NCBI RefSeq assembly: GCF_044704955.1
Contig: NC_091984.1
Span: 147,808,001-147,872,000 of the forward strand
Direction: 5' to 3'
Length of the DNA stretch: 64,000 nucleotides
Source of the DNA: Pristiophorus japonicus
Taxonomy: Eukaryota
Position numbers and translations under genes: made by a program. The notes under the pieces were generated by a model. That model worked only from the letters and a program-made list of their open reading frames with translations, searched no databases and was not told the DNA's origin. This document shows positions 44,934 through 58,144 of this stretch, piece by piece (positions within the stretch are counted from its first letter, which is position 1; each line of letters opens with the position of its first letter).

Positions 44934-47900
44934 CCCTTATTCCCTTATCAGTTAAGTAACTGTCTATCTCTTTCTTAAATTTATTCAATGACCAGCATCC
45001 ACAGCTCTCTGAGGCAGTGAATTTCGCAGATTTACAACCCTCATTGTGATTGTGATTGTGATTGTGTTAAGTTCGTCCCAACCATCCACTATCCACTGTT
45101 GGGATATTATTTGTGTCCATTACCGTAAAGACTGACACAAAATATTTGTTCAGAGTTTCTGCCATCTCCATGTTCCCCATCATTAATTCCCCGGTCTCTT
45201 CCTCTCAGGGACCAACATTAGTTTTAGCCACTCTTTTCCTTTTTATGTACGTATAGAAACTCTTGCTATCTGTTTTTATATTTCGTGCTAGTTTACTTTC
45301 ATAGTCTATGTTCACTTTCTTAATCATTTTTTTAGTCATTCTTTGTTGGCTTTTAAAAGCTTCCCAATCTTCTGTCCTCCCACTAGTTTTGGCCACCTTG
45401 TATGCCCTTGTTTTTAATTGGATACCATCCTTTATTTCTTAAGTTAGCTATGGATGGCTATCTTTTTTTTTCATCCTTTCCTCCTTACTGGAATATATTT
45501 TTCTTGAGAGTTATTTAATATCTCCTTAAATGTACGTCACTGTTCTACAACCGTCCTAAGCTTTAATTTATTTTCCCAGTCCACTTTAGCCAACTCTGCC
45601 CTCATACCTTTGTAGTCTCCTTTATTTAAGCTTTGTACGCTGGCTTGAGATTCAACTTTCTTGCCCTCCATCCGAATTTGAAATTCAACCATGCTATGAT
45701 CACTCAGTCCAAGGGGATCCTTTACTAGGAGATTGTTTATTAATACTGTCTCATTATACAGGACCAGATCTAAGATAGCCTACCCCCTGGTTGGTTCCTT
45801 TACATACTGCGCAAGGAACCCGTTCCTTATGCACTCTACGAACTCCTCCTCAAGTCTATCCTGACCATTTTGATTTGTTCAATCAATGTGGAGGTTAAAA
45901 TCACCCATAATTATTGCTGTTCCCTTTTTACAAACCCCCACTATTTCTTGGTTTATACTCCGACCATCAGAGTTGCTACTGTTAGGGGGCCTATAGACTA
46001 TGCCCACCAGTGACTTTTCCCCCTTATTATTCCTTATCTCCATACAAACTGTTTCAACATCCTGATCATTTGAGCCAATATCATTTCTCACTATTGCAGT
46101 GACTCCATCCTTTATCAACAGAGGTACCCCACCTGCTTTTACTTTCTGCCTGTCCTTCCGAATTGTCAAGTACCCCTGAATGTTTAGTTCCAAGTTTTGG
46201 TCACCTTGCAACCACGTCGCTGTTGTGGCTATCAGATCATACCCATTTGTAACTATTTGTGCTGACAGCTCATCTGTTTTGTTACGAATGCTGTGTGTTT
46301 CAGATAAAGAGCTTTTAAACGTGTTTTCATACCATTTTCTCCTGCTATGGTCCCAGTTTCTGATACACTCTTTTGTTTCTATATTCTGTCCCTTCCTGTC
46401 ACGCACTGGTTATTGTTTCTCCCAATGCTACCCTGCTCTATTGCCTTGTCCTTTGAGCTTTTAGGTTTCTGCTCACCTGAACCCTCCCCCCTATCTATAG
46501 CCCTTTGCAGATTCTTTGAGTCCTCCTCACAAATTGCTTTCCCAACTATCTTTGTATCATCAGCAAATTTCGCTCCATAACTCTCAGTCCCTTCATCCAA
46601 GTCATTAATATAGATTGTAAATAGTTGAGGCCTCAGCACCGATCCCTGTGGCAGCCCACTAGTTACCGTTTTACAACCTGAAACTGGTCCATTTATCCCG
46701 ATTCTCAGTTATCTGTTAGTTAGCCAATCCTCTATCGATGCTAATATATTACCCCCAACCCCGTGTGTTCTTATCTTGTGCAGTAATCTTTTATGTGGCA
46801 TGTTATCGAATGCCTTCTGGAAATCCAAATACACGACATCTACTGGTTCCCGTTTATCCACCCTGCTCGTTACATCCTCAAAGAACTCCAGCAAATGTGT
46901 CAAACATGATTTACCTTTCATAAAACCATGCTGACTCTGATTGACTGTATTATGATTTTCTAAATGTCCTGCTATTACTTCCTTAATAATGGACTCCAGC
47001 ATTTTCCCCAATGACAGATGTTACGCTAACTGATATATAGTTTCCTGCTTTCTGTCTCCCTCCTTTCTTAAATAGGGGCGTTACATTTGCCATTTTCTCA
47101 TCCGCTGGGACCTCTCCAGAATCCAGGGAATTTTAGTATATTACAACCAATGCATCCACTATCTCTGCAGTTACTTCTTTAAAGACCCTAGGATGCAGGC
47201 CATCAGGTTCAGGGGACTTGTCCATCTTTAGTCCCATTAGTTTGCTGAGTACTTTTTCTCCAGTGATTGTTTTAAGAACATATGAACATAAGAAATAGGA
47301 GCAGGATTAGTCCATTTGGCCCTTCGAGCCTGCTCCGCCATTTAATAAGTTCATAGCTGATCTGATCATGGACACTCCCCATAACCTTTTATTCCCTTAT
47401 CGCTCAAAAATCTGTCTATCTCCGCCTTAAATATATTCAATGACCCAGCCTCCACAGCTCTCTGCGGCAGAGAATTCCACAGATTTGCAACCCTCTGAGA
47501 GAAGAAATTTCTCCACATCTCAGTTTTAAATGGGCAGCTCCTTATTCTAAGACTATGTCCCCTAGTTTTAGTTTCCCCGATGAGTGAAAATATCTTCTCT
47601 GCGTCCACCTTGTCGAGTCCCCTCATTATTTTATATGTTTCAATAAGAATCCTCTCATTCTTCTGAACTCCAATGATTATAGGCCCAACCTACTCAACCT
47701 ATCTTCATGTCAACCCCCCTCATCTCCGGAATCAACCTAGTGAACCTTCTCTGAAATGCCTGCAATGTCCTTCCTTAAATACAGAGACCAAAACTGCATG
47801 CAGTATTCTAGGTGTGGTCTCACAGTTGTAGCAGAACTTCTCTGCTTTTATACTTTATTCCCCTTGCAATGATTTGCCTTCCTGATTAAGTTCGCCCCTC

Positions 47901-48550
47901 TCAAAAGCCCCGTGATTATCAATTATTAGGATGTTTCTCGTGTTTTCTACCATGAAGACCAATACAAAATATTTGTTCAAAGTTTCTGCAGTTTCCCTGT
48001 TCCCCATTATTAATTTCTCAGTCTCATCCTCTAAAGGACCAACGTTTACTTTAACTACTCTCTTCCTTTTTATATACCTGTGTAAGTTCTTATTGTCTGT
48101 TTTTATATTTCTTGCTAGTTTACTCTCATAAACTGTCTTCTCTTTATTATTTTTTTTTGTTGTCCTTTGCTGGTTTGAAAAATTTCCCAATCCTCTGGCT
48201 TTCCATTATTCTTCGCAACATTGCGTGCTTTTGTTTTTAATTTGATACCATCCTTTCCTTCCTTAGTTAGCCATGGATGGTTCATCCTTCTCTTAGAGTC
48301 TTTTTTTCTCACTGGAATATATCTTTTCTGAGAGTTTTGAAATATCTCTTTAAATATTTGCCAGTGCTTCTTTACTGTCTTACACTTTAGTATATTTTCC
48401 CAGTCCACTTTAGCCAACTCTGCCTTCATACCTTTGTAATTCCCTTTATTTAAGTTCAGGACCCTAGTTTGAGACCAAGGTTTATCACCCTCAAACTGAA
48501 TTTGAAATTCTACCATGCTATGATCACTCTTCCCAAGAGGATCCTTTACT

Positions 48551-49520
48551 TTGCCTTCTCCTCCTTCTTAAGCAGTCCTTCGGAGTCGAGGATGACTTGT
48601 TTCCACACTAATATGTGTTCTCAGGTGACTGATGAGTCCAGTGTGGGACCAACAGTCTTTGTCACAAGTGGGGCAGATGGTGGTTAAAGGGATGGGTGGG
48701 TTGGGTACTTGGGTTGTCATGCACTCCTTCTGCTGTTAGCGCTTGGCTTCCGTTTGCTCCCAGCGAAGAAACTCGAGGTGTTCGGTGCCTTCCCGAATGT
48801 CTCCTCCACTTTGAGCAGTCTTGGGACCGAGATTTCCAAATGTCGGTGGGGATGTTACACTATTTCAAGGAGGCTTTGAGGGTGTCCTTGAAGCATATTG
48901 TCTGCTCACCTGGGGTTTGCTTGCCATGTTGGAGATCTGAGTAGAGTGCTTGTTTTGGGCGTCTAGTGTCAGGCATGCGGACGATGTGGCCCAACCATCG
49001 GAGCTGATTGAGTGTGGACAGTGCTTCGATGCTGGGGATGTTGACCTGAGTGAAAACACTAATGTCGATGCGCCTATCCTGCCAATGGATTTGCAGGATC
49101 TTGCGGAGGCAGCGTTGGTGGTACTTCTCCAGTGGTTTGAGGTGCCTGCTGTATCTAGTCCATGTATCTGAAGCATATAGGAGAGCGGGATCACTACTGC
49201 CCTGTAGACCATGAGCATGGTGCTGGCTATGAGGTCCTGGTCTTCAAACATTCCCTTTCTCAGGCGACCGAAGGCTGCACTGGCACATTGAAGGCGGTGT
49301 TAGACTTCATCATCGTCGTTTGCCTTTGTTGACAGTAGGCTCCCGAGGTATGGAACATGGTCCACGTTGTCCAAAGCCTCGTCATGGATTTTGATAATCG
49401 GGGAGCAGTACTGTATGGCGAGGGCAGGTTGGTAGAGGACCTTAATCTTACGGATGTTTAATGTAAGACCCATACTCTTGTACGCTTCGGTGAAGGTGTT
49501 GACGATAGCTTGAAGTTCAA
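48551..49520 (-). mobile_element. RTE-clade LINE 3' end inserted in CR1
   Basis: GLTLNIRKIKVLYQP...VDHVPYLGSLLS; FEDQDL...YRAVVI; short-repeat tail. Confidence 0.85.
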
Positions 49521-52500
49521 CTATGATATAATTAATTAATCCAGTCTCATTACACAGTACAAGATCTAAAATAGCCTGATCCCTGATTGGCTCCACAATG
49601 CAGTGTTCTAGGAAACCATCTCGAATACACTCGATGAATTCTTCTTCAAGGCTACTTTTGCCAATCTGATTTGTCCAATCAATATGAAGATTGAAATCAC
49701 CGATGATTGTTGCTGTACCTTTCTTACAAGCCTCCATTAGTTCTTGATTTATACTTGGTGCTACAGTGTAGCTACTGTTAGGGAGCCTATAGACTACTCC
49801 CACCAGTTACTTTTTCCTTTTAATTTTTTATCCCTACCCAAACTGATTCTACATCTTGATCTTCTGAGCCAATATCATTTCTCACTACTGCACTGGTCTC
49901 ATCCTTTATTAACCCCACCTCCTTTTCCTTTCTGCTTATCCTTCCGAAATGGCAAATAACCCTGAATATTCAGTTCCCAGCTTTGGTCACCTTGCAACCA
50001 CGTCTCTGTAATGGCTATCAGATGTATCCCCATGTATTTCTATTTGTGCTGTCAACTCATCTATTTTGTTATGCATGCTGCATGCATTCAGTTAAAGAGC
50101 TTTTAATTTTGTCTTTTTACCATTTTCCCTACTCTGACCCAACTTTCTGATGCACTTATGTTTATATGCTCTGTCCCTTCCTGTCATGCTTTGGTTATCA
50201 TTCTCCCTTCAGGTATTTATCCAATTCCCTTTTGGAGGCTACTATTGAATCCATTTCCACCACCCGATCCGGAATGTTCCCGTTAAGTTCTGTGGCCATT
50301 CAATGATCTGGAAGTCCCGCCCAGGCTGCTTGCTGGCTTTTAAATGGAAAAACTGCGCATGCGCGATTATTTGGGCTGAAACCCCGAAAAATGTAAGCTG
50401 GAATTTTGCTATCAGGCAGCGCTTTCCAAATCCCACTCGGTGCGTAAAAAAAGTTTTCCCTCATTTCGCCTCTGGTTCTTTTGCCAGTCAACTTAAATCT
50501 GTGCCCTCTGGTTATCAACCCTTCCGCCATTGCAAACAGTTTCTCTTTATTTACTCCATCTGAACCCTTCATGGTTTTAACCAATCTTCTCATAGCCTTC
50601 TCTGCTCTAAGGAAAACAACCCCAACTTCTTCAGTCTATCCCCGGAACTGTAATCCCTCATCCCTGGAACCATTGTAGTAAATCTCTTCTGTACCCTTTC
50701 CAATACCATCACTTCCTTCCTAAGGTGTGGTGCCCAGAATTGGACACAATACTCCAGCTGGGGCCAACTCGTCTTTGATATAGGTTTAGTGTAACTTCCT
50801 GGCTTTTGTACTCTATGCCTCTTATTTTTAAAGCCTCGGATCCCATATGCTTTGCTAACCTGTCCAACCACCTTCAAATATTTGTGCATAAACCCCCCCA
50901 GGTCTCCCTTCTTGCACCCCCTTTAAAATTGCCCCACTTAGCTTGTATTATCTCTGCACATTCCTCCCGCCAAAATGTCTTCCATCAGACTTTGCTGCAT
51001 TGATTTCCATCTGCCATGTGTCTGCCCATTTCACCAGCCTGTCTGTGTCCTCTTGAAGTCGCTTGCTATCTTCCTCACTGTTTACTGCACTTCCACGTTT
51101 TGGGCTATTTACAAATTGCCTAGTTGTATCCTATATTCCCCCTCCCCAAAGCCCAAATCATTAATGTGAATCAAACGCAGCAGTGGTCCTGGTTCTGAAC
51201 CCTGGGGAACACCACTGTTCACCTGTCTCCAGTCTGGAAAACAGACATTCAACACCACACTTATCCCTTGGCCAATATTGTGTCCATGCTGTTCCTGACC
51301 CCTTTATCCCATCAGCTTCAATTTTGTTAACTTGCCTAATATGTGGTACTTTATCAAATGTTTGAAAGTCCAAAAACACATTATAAGAACATAAGAAATA
51401 GGAGCAGGAGTAGGCCATACAGCCCCTCGAGCCTGCTCCGCCATTTAATACGATCATGGCTGATCCGATCATGGTCTCAACTCCACTTCTCTGCCCGTTC
51501 CCCATAATCCCTTATCCCCTTATCGTTTAAGAAACTGTCTATTTCTGTCTCAAATTTATTCAATGTCCCAGCTTCCACAGCTTTCTGAGGCAGTGAATTC
51601 CACAGATTTACAACCTTCTGAGAGAAGAAATTTCTCCTCATCTCAGTTTAAAATGGGCAACCCCTTATTCTAATTCACTCTCTCGTTCTAGTCTCCCCCA
51701 TTAGTGGAAACATCCTCTCAGCATCCACTTTGTCAAGCCCCCTCATAACCTGATACGTTTCGATAAGATCACCTCTCATTCTTTTGAATTTCAATGAGTA
51801 GAGGCCCAACCTATTCAACCTTTCCTCATAAATAAACCTTCTCATCTCTGGAATCAATCTAGTGAACCCTCTCTGAATTGCCTCCAAAGCAAGTATATCT
51901 TTTCGTAAATATGGAAACCAAAACTGCACACAGTATTCCAGGCTTCACCAATACCCTGTAAAACTTCCCTGCTTTTGTACTCCATTGCTTTTGCAATAAA
52001 GGCCAAGATTCCATTGGCCTTCCTTATCACTTGCTGTACCTGCATACTATCAGTTTGTGTTTCATGCATAAGTACCCCCAGGTCCCGCTGTATTGCAGCA
52101 CTTTGCAATCTTTCTCCATTTAAATAATAACTTGCTCTTTGATTTTTTTCAGCCAAAGTGCATGATCTCACATTTTCCAACATTATACTCCATTTTGCCC
52201 ACTAACTTAGCCTGTCTATGTCCTTTTGCAGATTTTTTGTGTCCTCCTCACACGTTGCTTTTCCTCCCAGCTTTGTATTGTCAGCAAACTTGACTACGTT
52301 ACACTCAGTCCCTTCTTCCAAGTCGTTAATATAGATTGTAAATAGTTGGGGTCCCAGCACTGATCCCTGCGGCACCCCACTAGTTACTGATTGCCAATCC
52401 GAGAATGAACCATTTATCCCAACTCTCTGTTTTCTGTTAGTTAGCCAATCCTCTAACCATGCTAATACATTACTTCCATCCCCGTGAAACATAGAAACAT

Positions 52501-55500
52501 AGAAAACAGGTGCAGGAGTAGGCCATTCGGCCCTTCGAGCCTGCACCGCCAATCAATAAGATCATGGCTGATCATTCCCTCAGTACCCCTTTTCTTCTTT
52601 CTCTCCATCCCCCTTGATCCCCTTAGCCGTAAGGGTCATATCTAACTCCATCTTGAATATATCCAATGAACTGGCATCAACAACTCTCTGCGACAGGGAA
52701 TTCCATAGGTTAACAACTCTCTGAGTGAAGAAGTTTCTTCTCATCTAAGACCAAAATGGCCTATCCCTGATCCGAAGACTATGTCCCCTGGTTCTAGACT
52801 TCCCCAACATCGGGAACATTCTTCCAGCATCTAACCTGTCCAGTCCCGTCAGAATCTTATACGTTTCTATGAGATCCCCTCTCATCCTTCTAAACTCCAG
52901 TCTCTCCTTATATGACAGTCCAGCCATCCTTGAAATCAGTCTGGTGAACCTTCGCTGCACTCCCTCAATAGCAAGAACGTCCTTCCTCAGATTATGAGAT
53001 CAAAACTGAACACAATATTTCAGGTGTGGCCTCACGAAGGACCTGTACAACTGCAGTAAGACCTCCCTGCTCCTATACTCAAATCCCCTAGCTATGAAGG
53101 CCAACATACCATTTGCCTTCTTCACCGCCTGCTGCACCTGCATGCCAACTTTCAATGACTGATGAACCATGACACCCAGGTCTCGTTGCACCTCCCTTTT
53201 TCATAATCTGCCACCATTCAGATAATACTCTGCCCTCGTGTTTTTGCCACCAAAGTGGATAACCTCACATATATCCACATTATACTGCATCTGGCATGCA
53301 TTTGCCCACTCACCCAACCTGTCCAAATCACCCTGCAACCTCTTAGCATCGTCCTCACAGCCCACACCACCACCCAGTTTAGTGTCATCTGCAAACTTGG
53401 AGGTATTACACTCAATTTCTTCATCTAAATCGTTAACGTATATTGTAAAGAGCTGGGTCCCAGCACTGAAGCCTGCAGCACTCCACTACTCACTGCATGC
53501 CATTCTGAAAAGGACCCGTTTATCCTGGCTCTCTGCTTCCTGTCTACCAACCAGTTCTCTATCTACGTCAGTACATTATCCCCAATAGCATGCCCTTTGA
53601 TTTTGCACACCAATCTCTTGTGCGGAACCTTGTCAATAGCCTTTTGAATGTCCAAATACACCACATCCACTGGTTCTCCCTTGTCCACTCTGCTAGTTAC
53701 ATCCGCAAAAAATTTCAGAAGGTTTGTCAAGCATGATTTCCCTTTCACAAATCCATGCTGACTTGGTCTGATCCTGTCATTGTTTTCCAACTGCTTTACT
53801 ATTTCATCCTTAATGATTGATTCCAACATTTTCCCCACCACTGATGTCAGGCTAACCGGTCTATAATTACCCGTTTTCTCTCTCCCTCCTTTTGTAAAAA
53901 GTGGTGTTACATTAGCTACCCTCCAGTCCATAGGAATCTTGTGCAGTAACCTTTTATGTGGCAGCTCATGGGCTCACATCAAAGCACATGGTATTGGGGG
54001 TAATGTACTGACTTGGATAGAGAACTGGTTGGCAGACAGGAAGCAGAGTCGGGATTAACGGGTCCTTTTCAGAAGAGCAAGCAGTGACTAGTGGAGTGCC
54101 GCAGGGCTCAGTGCTGGGACCCCAGCTCTTTACAATATACATTAATGATTTAGATGATGGAATTGAGTGTAATATGTTAAGAGATCGTTAAGAGTGATTT
54201 GGACAGGTTAGGCGAGTGGGCAAATGCATGGCAGATGGAGTATAATGTGGATAAATGTTAGGTTATCCATTTTGGGGGCAAAAACATGAAGGCAGAATAT
54301 TATCTGAATGGCGGCAGATTACGAAAAGGGGAGGTGCAGCGAGACCTGGGTGTCATGGTTCATCAGTCATTGACGGTTGGCATGCAGGTACAGCGGCGGT
54401 GAAGAAGGCAAATGGTATATTGGCCTTCATAGCAAGGGGATTTGAGTATAAGAGCAGGGAGGTCTTACTGCAGTTGTATGGGCCTTGGTGAGGCCTCACC
54501 TGGAATATTGTGTTCAGTTTTGGTCTCCTAATCTGAGGAAGGACGTTCTTGCTATTGAGGGAGTGCAGCGAAGGTTCACCAGACTGATTCCAGGGATGGC
54601 TGGACTGACATATGAGGAGAGATTGGATCAACTGGCCCTTTGTACACTGGAGTTTAGAAGGATGAAAGGGGATCTCATAGAAACGTATAAGATTCTGACT
54701 GGACTGGACAGGTTAGATGCGGGAAGAATGTTTCCGCTGTTGGGGAAGTCCAGATCCAGCGGACACAATCTTAGGATAAGGGGCAGGCCATTTCGGACTG
54801 AGGTGAGGAAAAACTTCTTCACTCAGAGAGTTGTTAACCCGTGGAATTCCCTGCCGCAGAGAGTTGTTGTTCATTGGATATGTTCAAGAGGGAGTTAGAT
54901 ATGGCCCTTGCAGCTAAAGGGATCAAGAGGTATGGAGAGAAAGCAGGAAAGGGGTACTGAAAAAATGATCAGCCATGATCTTATTGAATGGTGGTGCAGG
55001 CTCCAAGGCCGGATGGCCTATTTCTGCACCTATTTTCTATGTTTCTATGTTTCTATCCTCATCCACCCTCTGTTACCTCATCAAAAAATGTAATCAAGTT
55101 AGTCACATGATTTGCCCGTAACCACGAGGTGCTGCCTCTCCGTTATTGTTCCGTGCTTATCCACATGGCTGCTCATTTTCTCGCGGATTATTGACCTTGA
55201 AGCTCCCTCACCATAATGTTAAACTGCTCAGCCTGTCATTGGCAGCTTTATCCCTCTCCCCTTTTTTGAACAAGGGTGTAATATTTACAATCCTCAGTCC
55301 CCTGGCCCCTGTATCTAATGAGGATTGGACGATTGTGGTCCGCCCCTCTGCACTTTCTACCTTTCCCTCAGTATCCGAGGATGGCTCCTGTCCGCACCGG
55401 GTCACTTATCCACTTTAATTATTTCCATCCTTTCCAGTACCTCCTCTTTATCTACTTTTATCATCCAGTATCCCAACAGCCTCCTCGTTTACTGTAGTTT

Positions 55501-55679
55501 GGACAAAGTCCCCTTCCTTGGTAAACACTGGTGCACAGCGTCATTCAGTACCTCAGCGATACCTTCTGCCTCCACCAATCGATCTGTATTGTGCTCCCTA
55601 ATCGGCCCCACTGCACCTCTGACAAACCTTTCACTGTTAATATGCCGATCGCCGTCCCGTCCTTTGTTCTCCAAAAGGA

Positions 55680-57368
55680 ACACTGAGGTGCTGCCCCAGG
55701 GTAGTGGCAGGGGCTACATGGAGCAAGAGCATGTGTCTTCTCTCAGGCTGTGAGCATTCGTCCTGCCCCCACTCCCCTCCCTCCACTGCCACTCCCCTCC
55801 CCCCACTGCCACTCCCCCCACTGCCACTCCCCCCACTGCCACTGCCCCCACTGCCACTGCCCCCACTGCCACTGCCCCTCCCCTACCGCCACTCCCCTCC
55901 CCCCACTGCCACTCCCCCCACTGCCACTCCCCCCACTGCCACTCCCCCTCCCCTACCGCCACTCCCCTCCCCTCACTGCCACTCCCCCACTGCCACTCCC
56001 CCCATTGCCACTCCCCCTACTGCCACTCCCCCCTCTGCCACTTCCCTCCCTCCACTGTCACTCCCCGACTGCCACTCCCCCCACTCTCCCTCCCCCCACT
56101 GCCACTCCCCCTCCCCTACCGCCACTCCCCTCCCCCCACTGCCACTCCCCCTCCCCTACCGCCACACCCCATCCTCCCGCTGTCACTCCCCCCTCACCCC
56201 ACTCCCCCTCCCCCCACTGTCACTCCTTCTCCCCCCATTGCCACTCCCCCTCCCCCCACTGCGACTCCCCCTCCCCTACCGCCAATCCCCATCCCCCCGC
56301 TGTCACTCCCCCCTCACCCCACTCCCCCTCCCCCCACTGCCACTCCACTCCCACACTTCCCCCACTCCCCTCCCCCCACTACTACTCCCCCTCCCCCCAC
56401 CGCCACTCCCCCTCCACCCACTGCCGCTCCCCCTCCCCCCACTGCTTTCCCCCCTCCCCGCACTGCCACTCCACTGCTGCCCCAGGCTGAGGTGGGACAG
56501 TCTACAGCCGGGCTCTCTAGGCCCAGAGCTGCTCGAGATGGTCCAGCAAGGCCATCCGCAGCCTCCCCCACTGAAAGTCATCAGCCTTCCACCACCCATG
56601 CTGCAGCCCCTGGGGTAGCACTGTACAGGAGCACTCACTGGGACAGCCAAAGACACACGCAAGGCACCCACTGAGGGTATTCACAACGGGGTTAGTTGAG
56701 TTTGTGATGTAATATTGGATGGATTGTTATATAACTTTGGGTTGGAATGTTTGTGTTGGGGGGGCCTTTATTGTGGCTGTGGGGCCAAGTGCTGGGTGTG
56801 ATGGTCAGTTAGAGAGGGACAGCAAAGTGTGGGACTATTGCTCAATGGGGAGTGGGGGTTGGGTTCACTGGTACCACACTCGGAGGATTCGATCATGGAC
56901 AGCCCGGGCAGAAAGGGGCTGTCTGGGTCACTACTCCCTTCCACTTCATCCTCCTCTTCCTTTTCCTCCTCCCCAGCTGCTCACTGTACACCTGGTGACA
57001 AGGACAGTGCCCTCCTGATGGTCGAGGTTGTGGGGCACTCAGCGGGCCACGGCCAATCAGGACACATGTTCTGGTGAGTACAGCAGCACTCCTCCAGAGC
57101 GGCCCAGGCCGTGGAAGCATTGTTTCAGGACACCAATGTTCTGCTCCATCAGATTGTGTGTGGCAGCATGGCTCTCATTGTCCTCATGCTGCCCACGTGT
57201 GGTTGGGTTGTGGAGCAGAGTCATGGAGCCCATGGTCAGTGGATAGCCCTTGTCGCCCAGTAGCCAGCCTCTGGTTTGTCTCGGTGACTCAAAGACTGAG
57301 GAGGCAGCGGCCTGGTGCAGAATAAAAGCATTGTGACTGCTGCCAGGATACCGGGCATTCAGCATCAT
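55680..57368 (-). mobile_element. PIF/Harbinger remnant with HARBI1-like DDE transposase C-terminal core
   Basis: ORF 57057..57368: NARYPGSSHNAFIL...WLLGDKGYPL...NESHAATHNLMEQNIGVLK..F. Confidence 0.85.
55765..56480. repeat. C-rich imperfect repeat (CCCCCACTGCCACT-like)
   Basis: Read directly; about 700 bp. Confidence 0.95.
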
Positions 57369-57814
57369 GATACGGATAGAATGGACCCACTTCCCTCAGC
57401 AGAGGGGTCAACAACCAGGGGGCATAGATTTAAAGTAATTGGTGGAAGGTTTAGAGGGGAGATGAGGAAACAATTCTTCACCCAGAGGGTGATGGGGGTC
57501 TGGAACTCACTGCCTGAAAGGGTGGGAGAGGCAGAAACCCTCACCACATTTAAAAAGTACTTGGATGTGCCCTTAAAGCGCCGTAACCCACAGGGCTACG
57601 GACCCAGAGCTGGAAAGTGGGATTAGGCTGGGTAGCTCTTTGTTGGCCGGCGCAGACATGATGGGTCGAAATGGCCTCCTTCCGTGCTGTAATTTTCTAT
57701 GATTCTATGATCGTGCTGGTGGTGTTGACCACTTTAAAAGTCGCAGCATACATTTTATTGAAGCTATTTCCGTCCCCGGTTTCCCCGCTGCCAATAATTG
57801 GATCAATCGATGCT

Positions 57815-57833
57815 GTAGCGCCCCCTTGTGGTA
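57815..57833 (-). promoter_or_regulatory. Candidate CTCF site (downstream copy)
   Basis: rc TACCACAAGGGGGCGCTAC, essentially the CTCF consensus. Confidence 0.65.
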
Positions 57834-58144
57834 CATCGATATGGGCTCCACCCAAACCCCTGCTTTCAACCCTTGAACCCACATTGCCGACGCTAGCTGG
57901 AGCCCCGCTCCTTAGTCACAGCATCTCACAGCACAGAGGGAGGCCATTTGTCCCGTCAAACCTGTGCTGGCTCTTTGAAAGAGCTATGGACTACTATGGC
58001 CTGGACCAATGATCCAGAGACACGAGTTCAAATCCCACCATGGCAGCTGGGGAATTTAAATTCAGTTCATTAAATAAATCTGGAATAAAAAGCTAGTGTC
58101 AGTAATGGTGACCATGAAACTGCCGGATTGTCGTAAAAACCCAT

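Larger units (their letters stand above)
44450..55055. mobile_element. Dense nest of CR1 fragments, mostly - strand (+ copy ~53975-55055)
   Basis: EN/RT peptides in ORFs 45879..46406, 46709..47011, 48115..48516, 52202..52552, 53563..53931 and 54485..54898; several 3' tails. Confidence 0.9.

Noticed and set aside
55704-56618. 304-aa Pro-rich extensin/formin-like ORF
   Set aside because: Arises from a C-rich repeat open in multiple frames; no gene structure.
57057-57368. Host HARBI1 gene
   Set aside because: Truncated by a CR1, with degenerate motifs (SHN for xHD); a transposon remnant.
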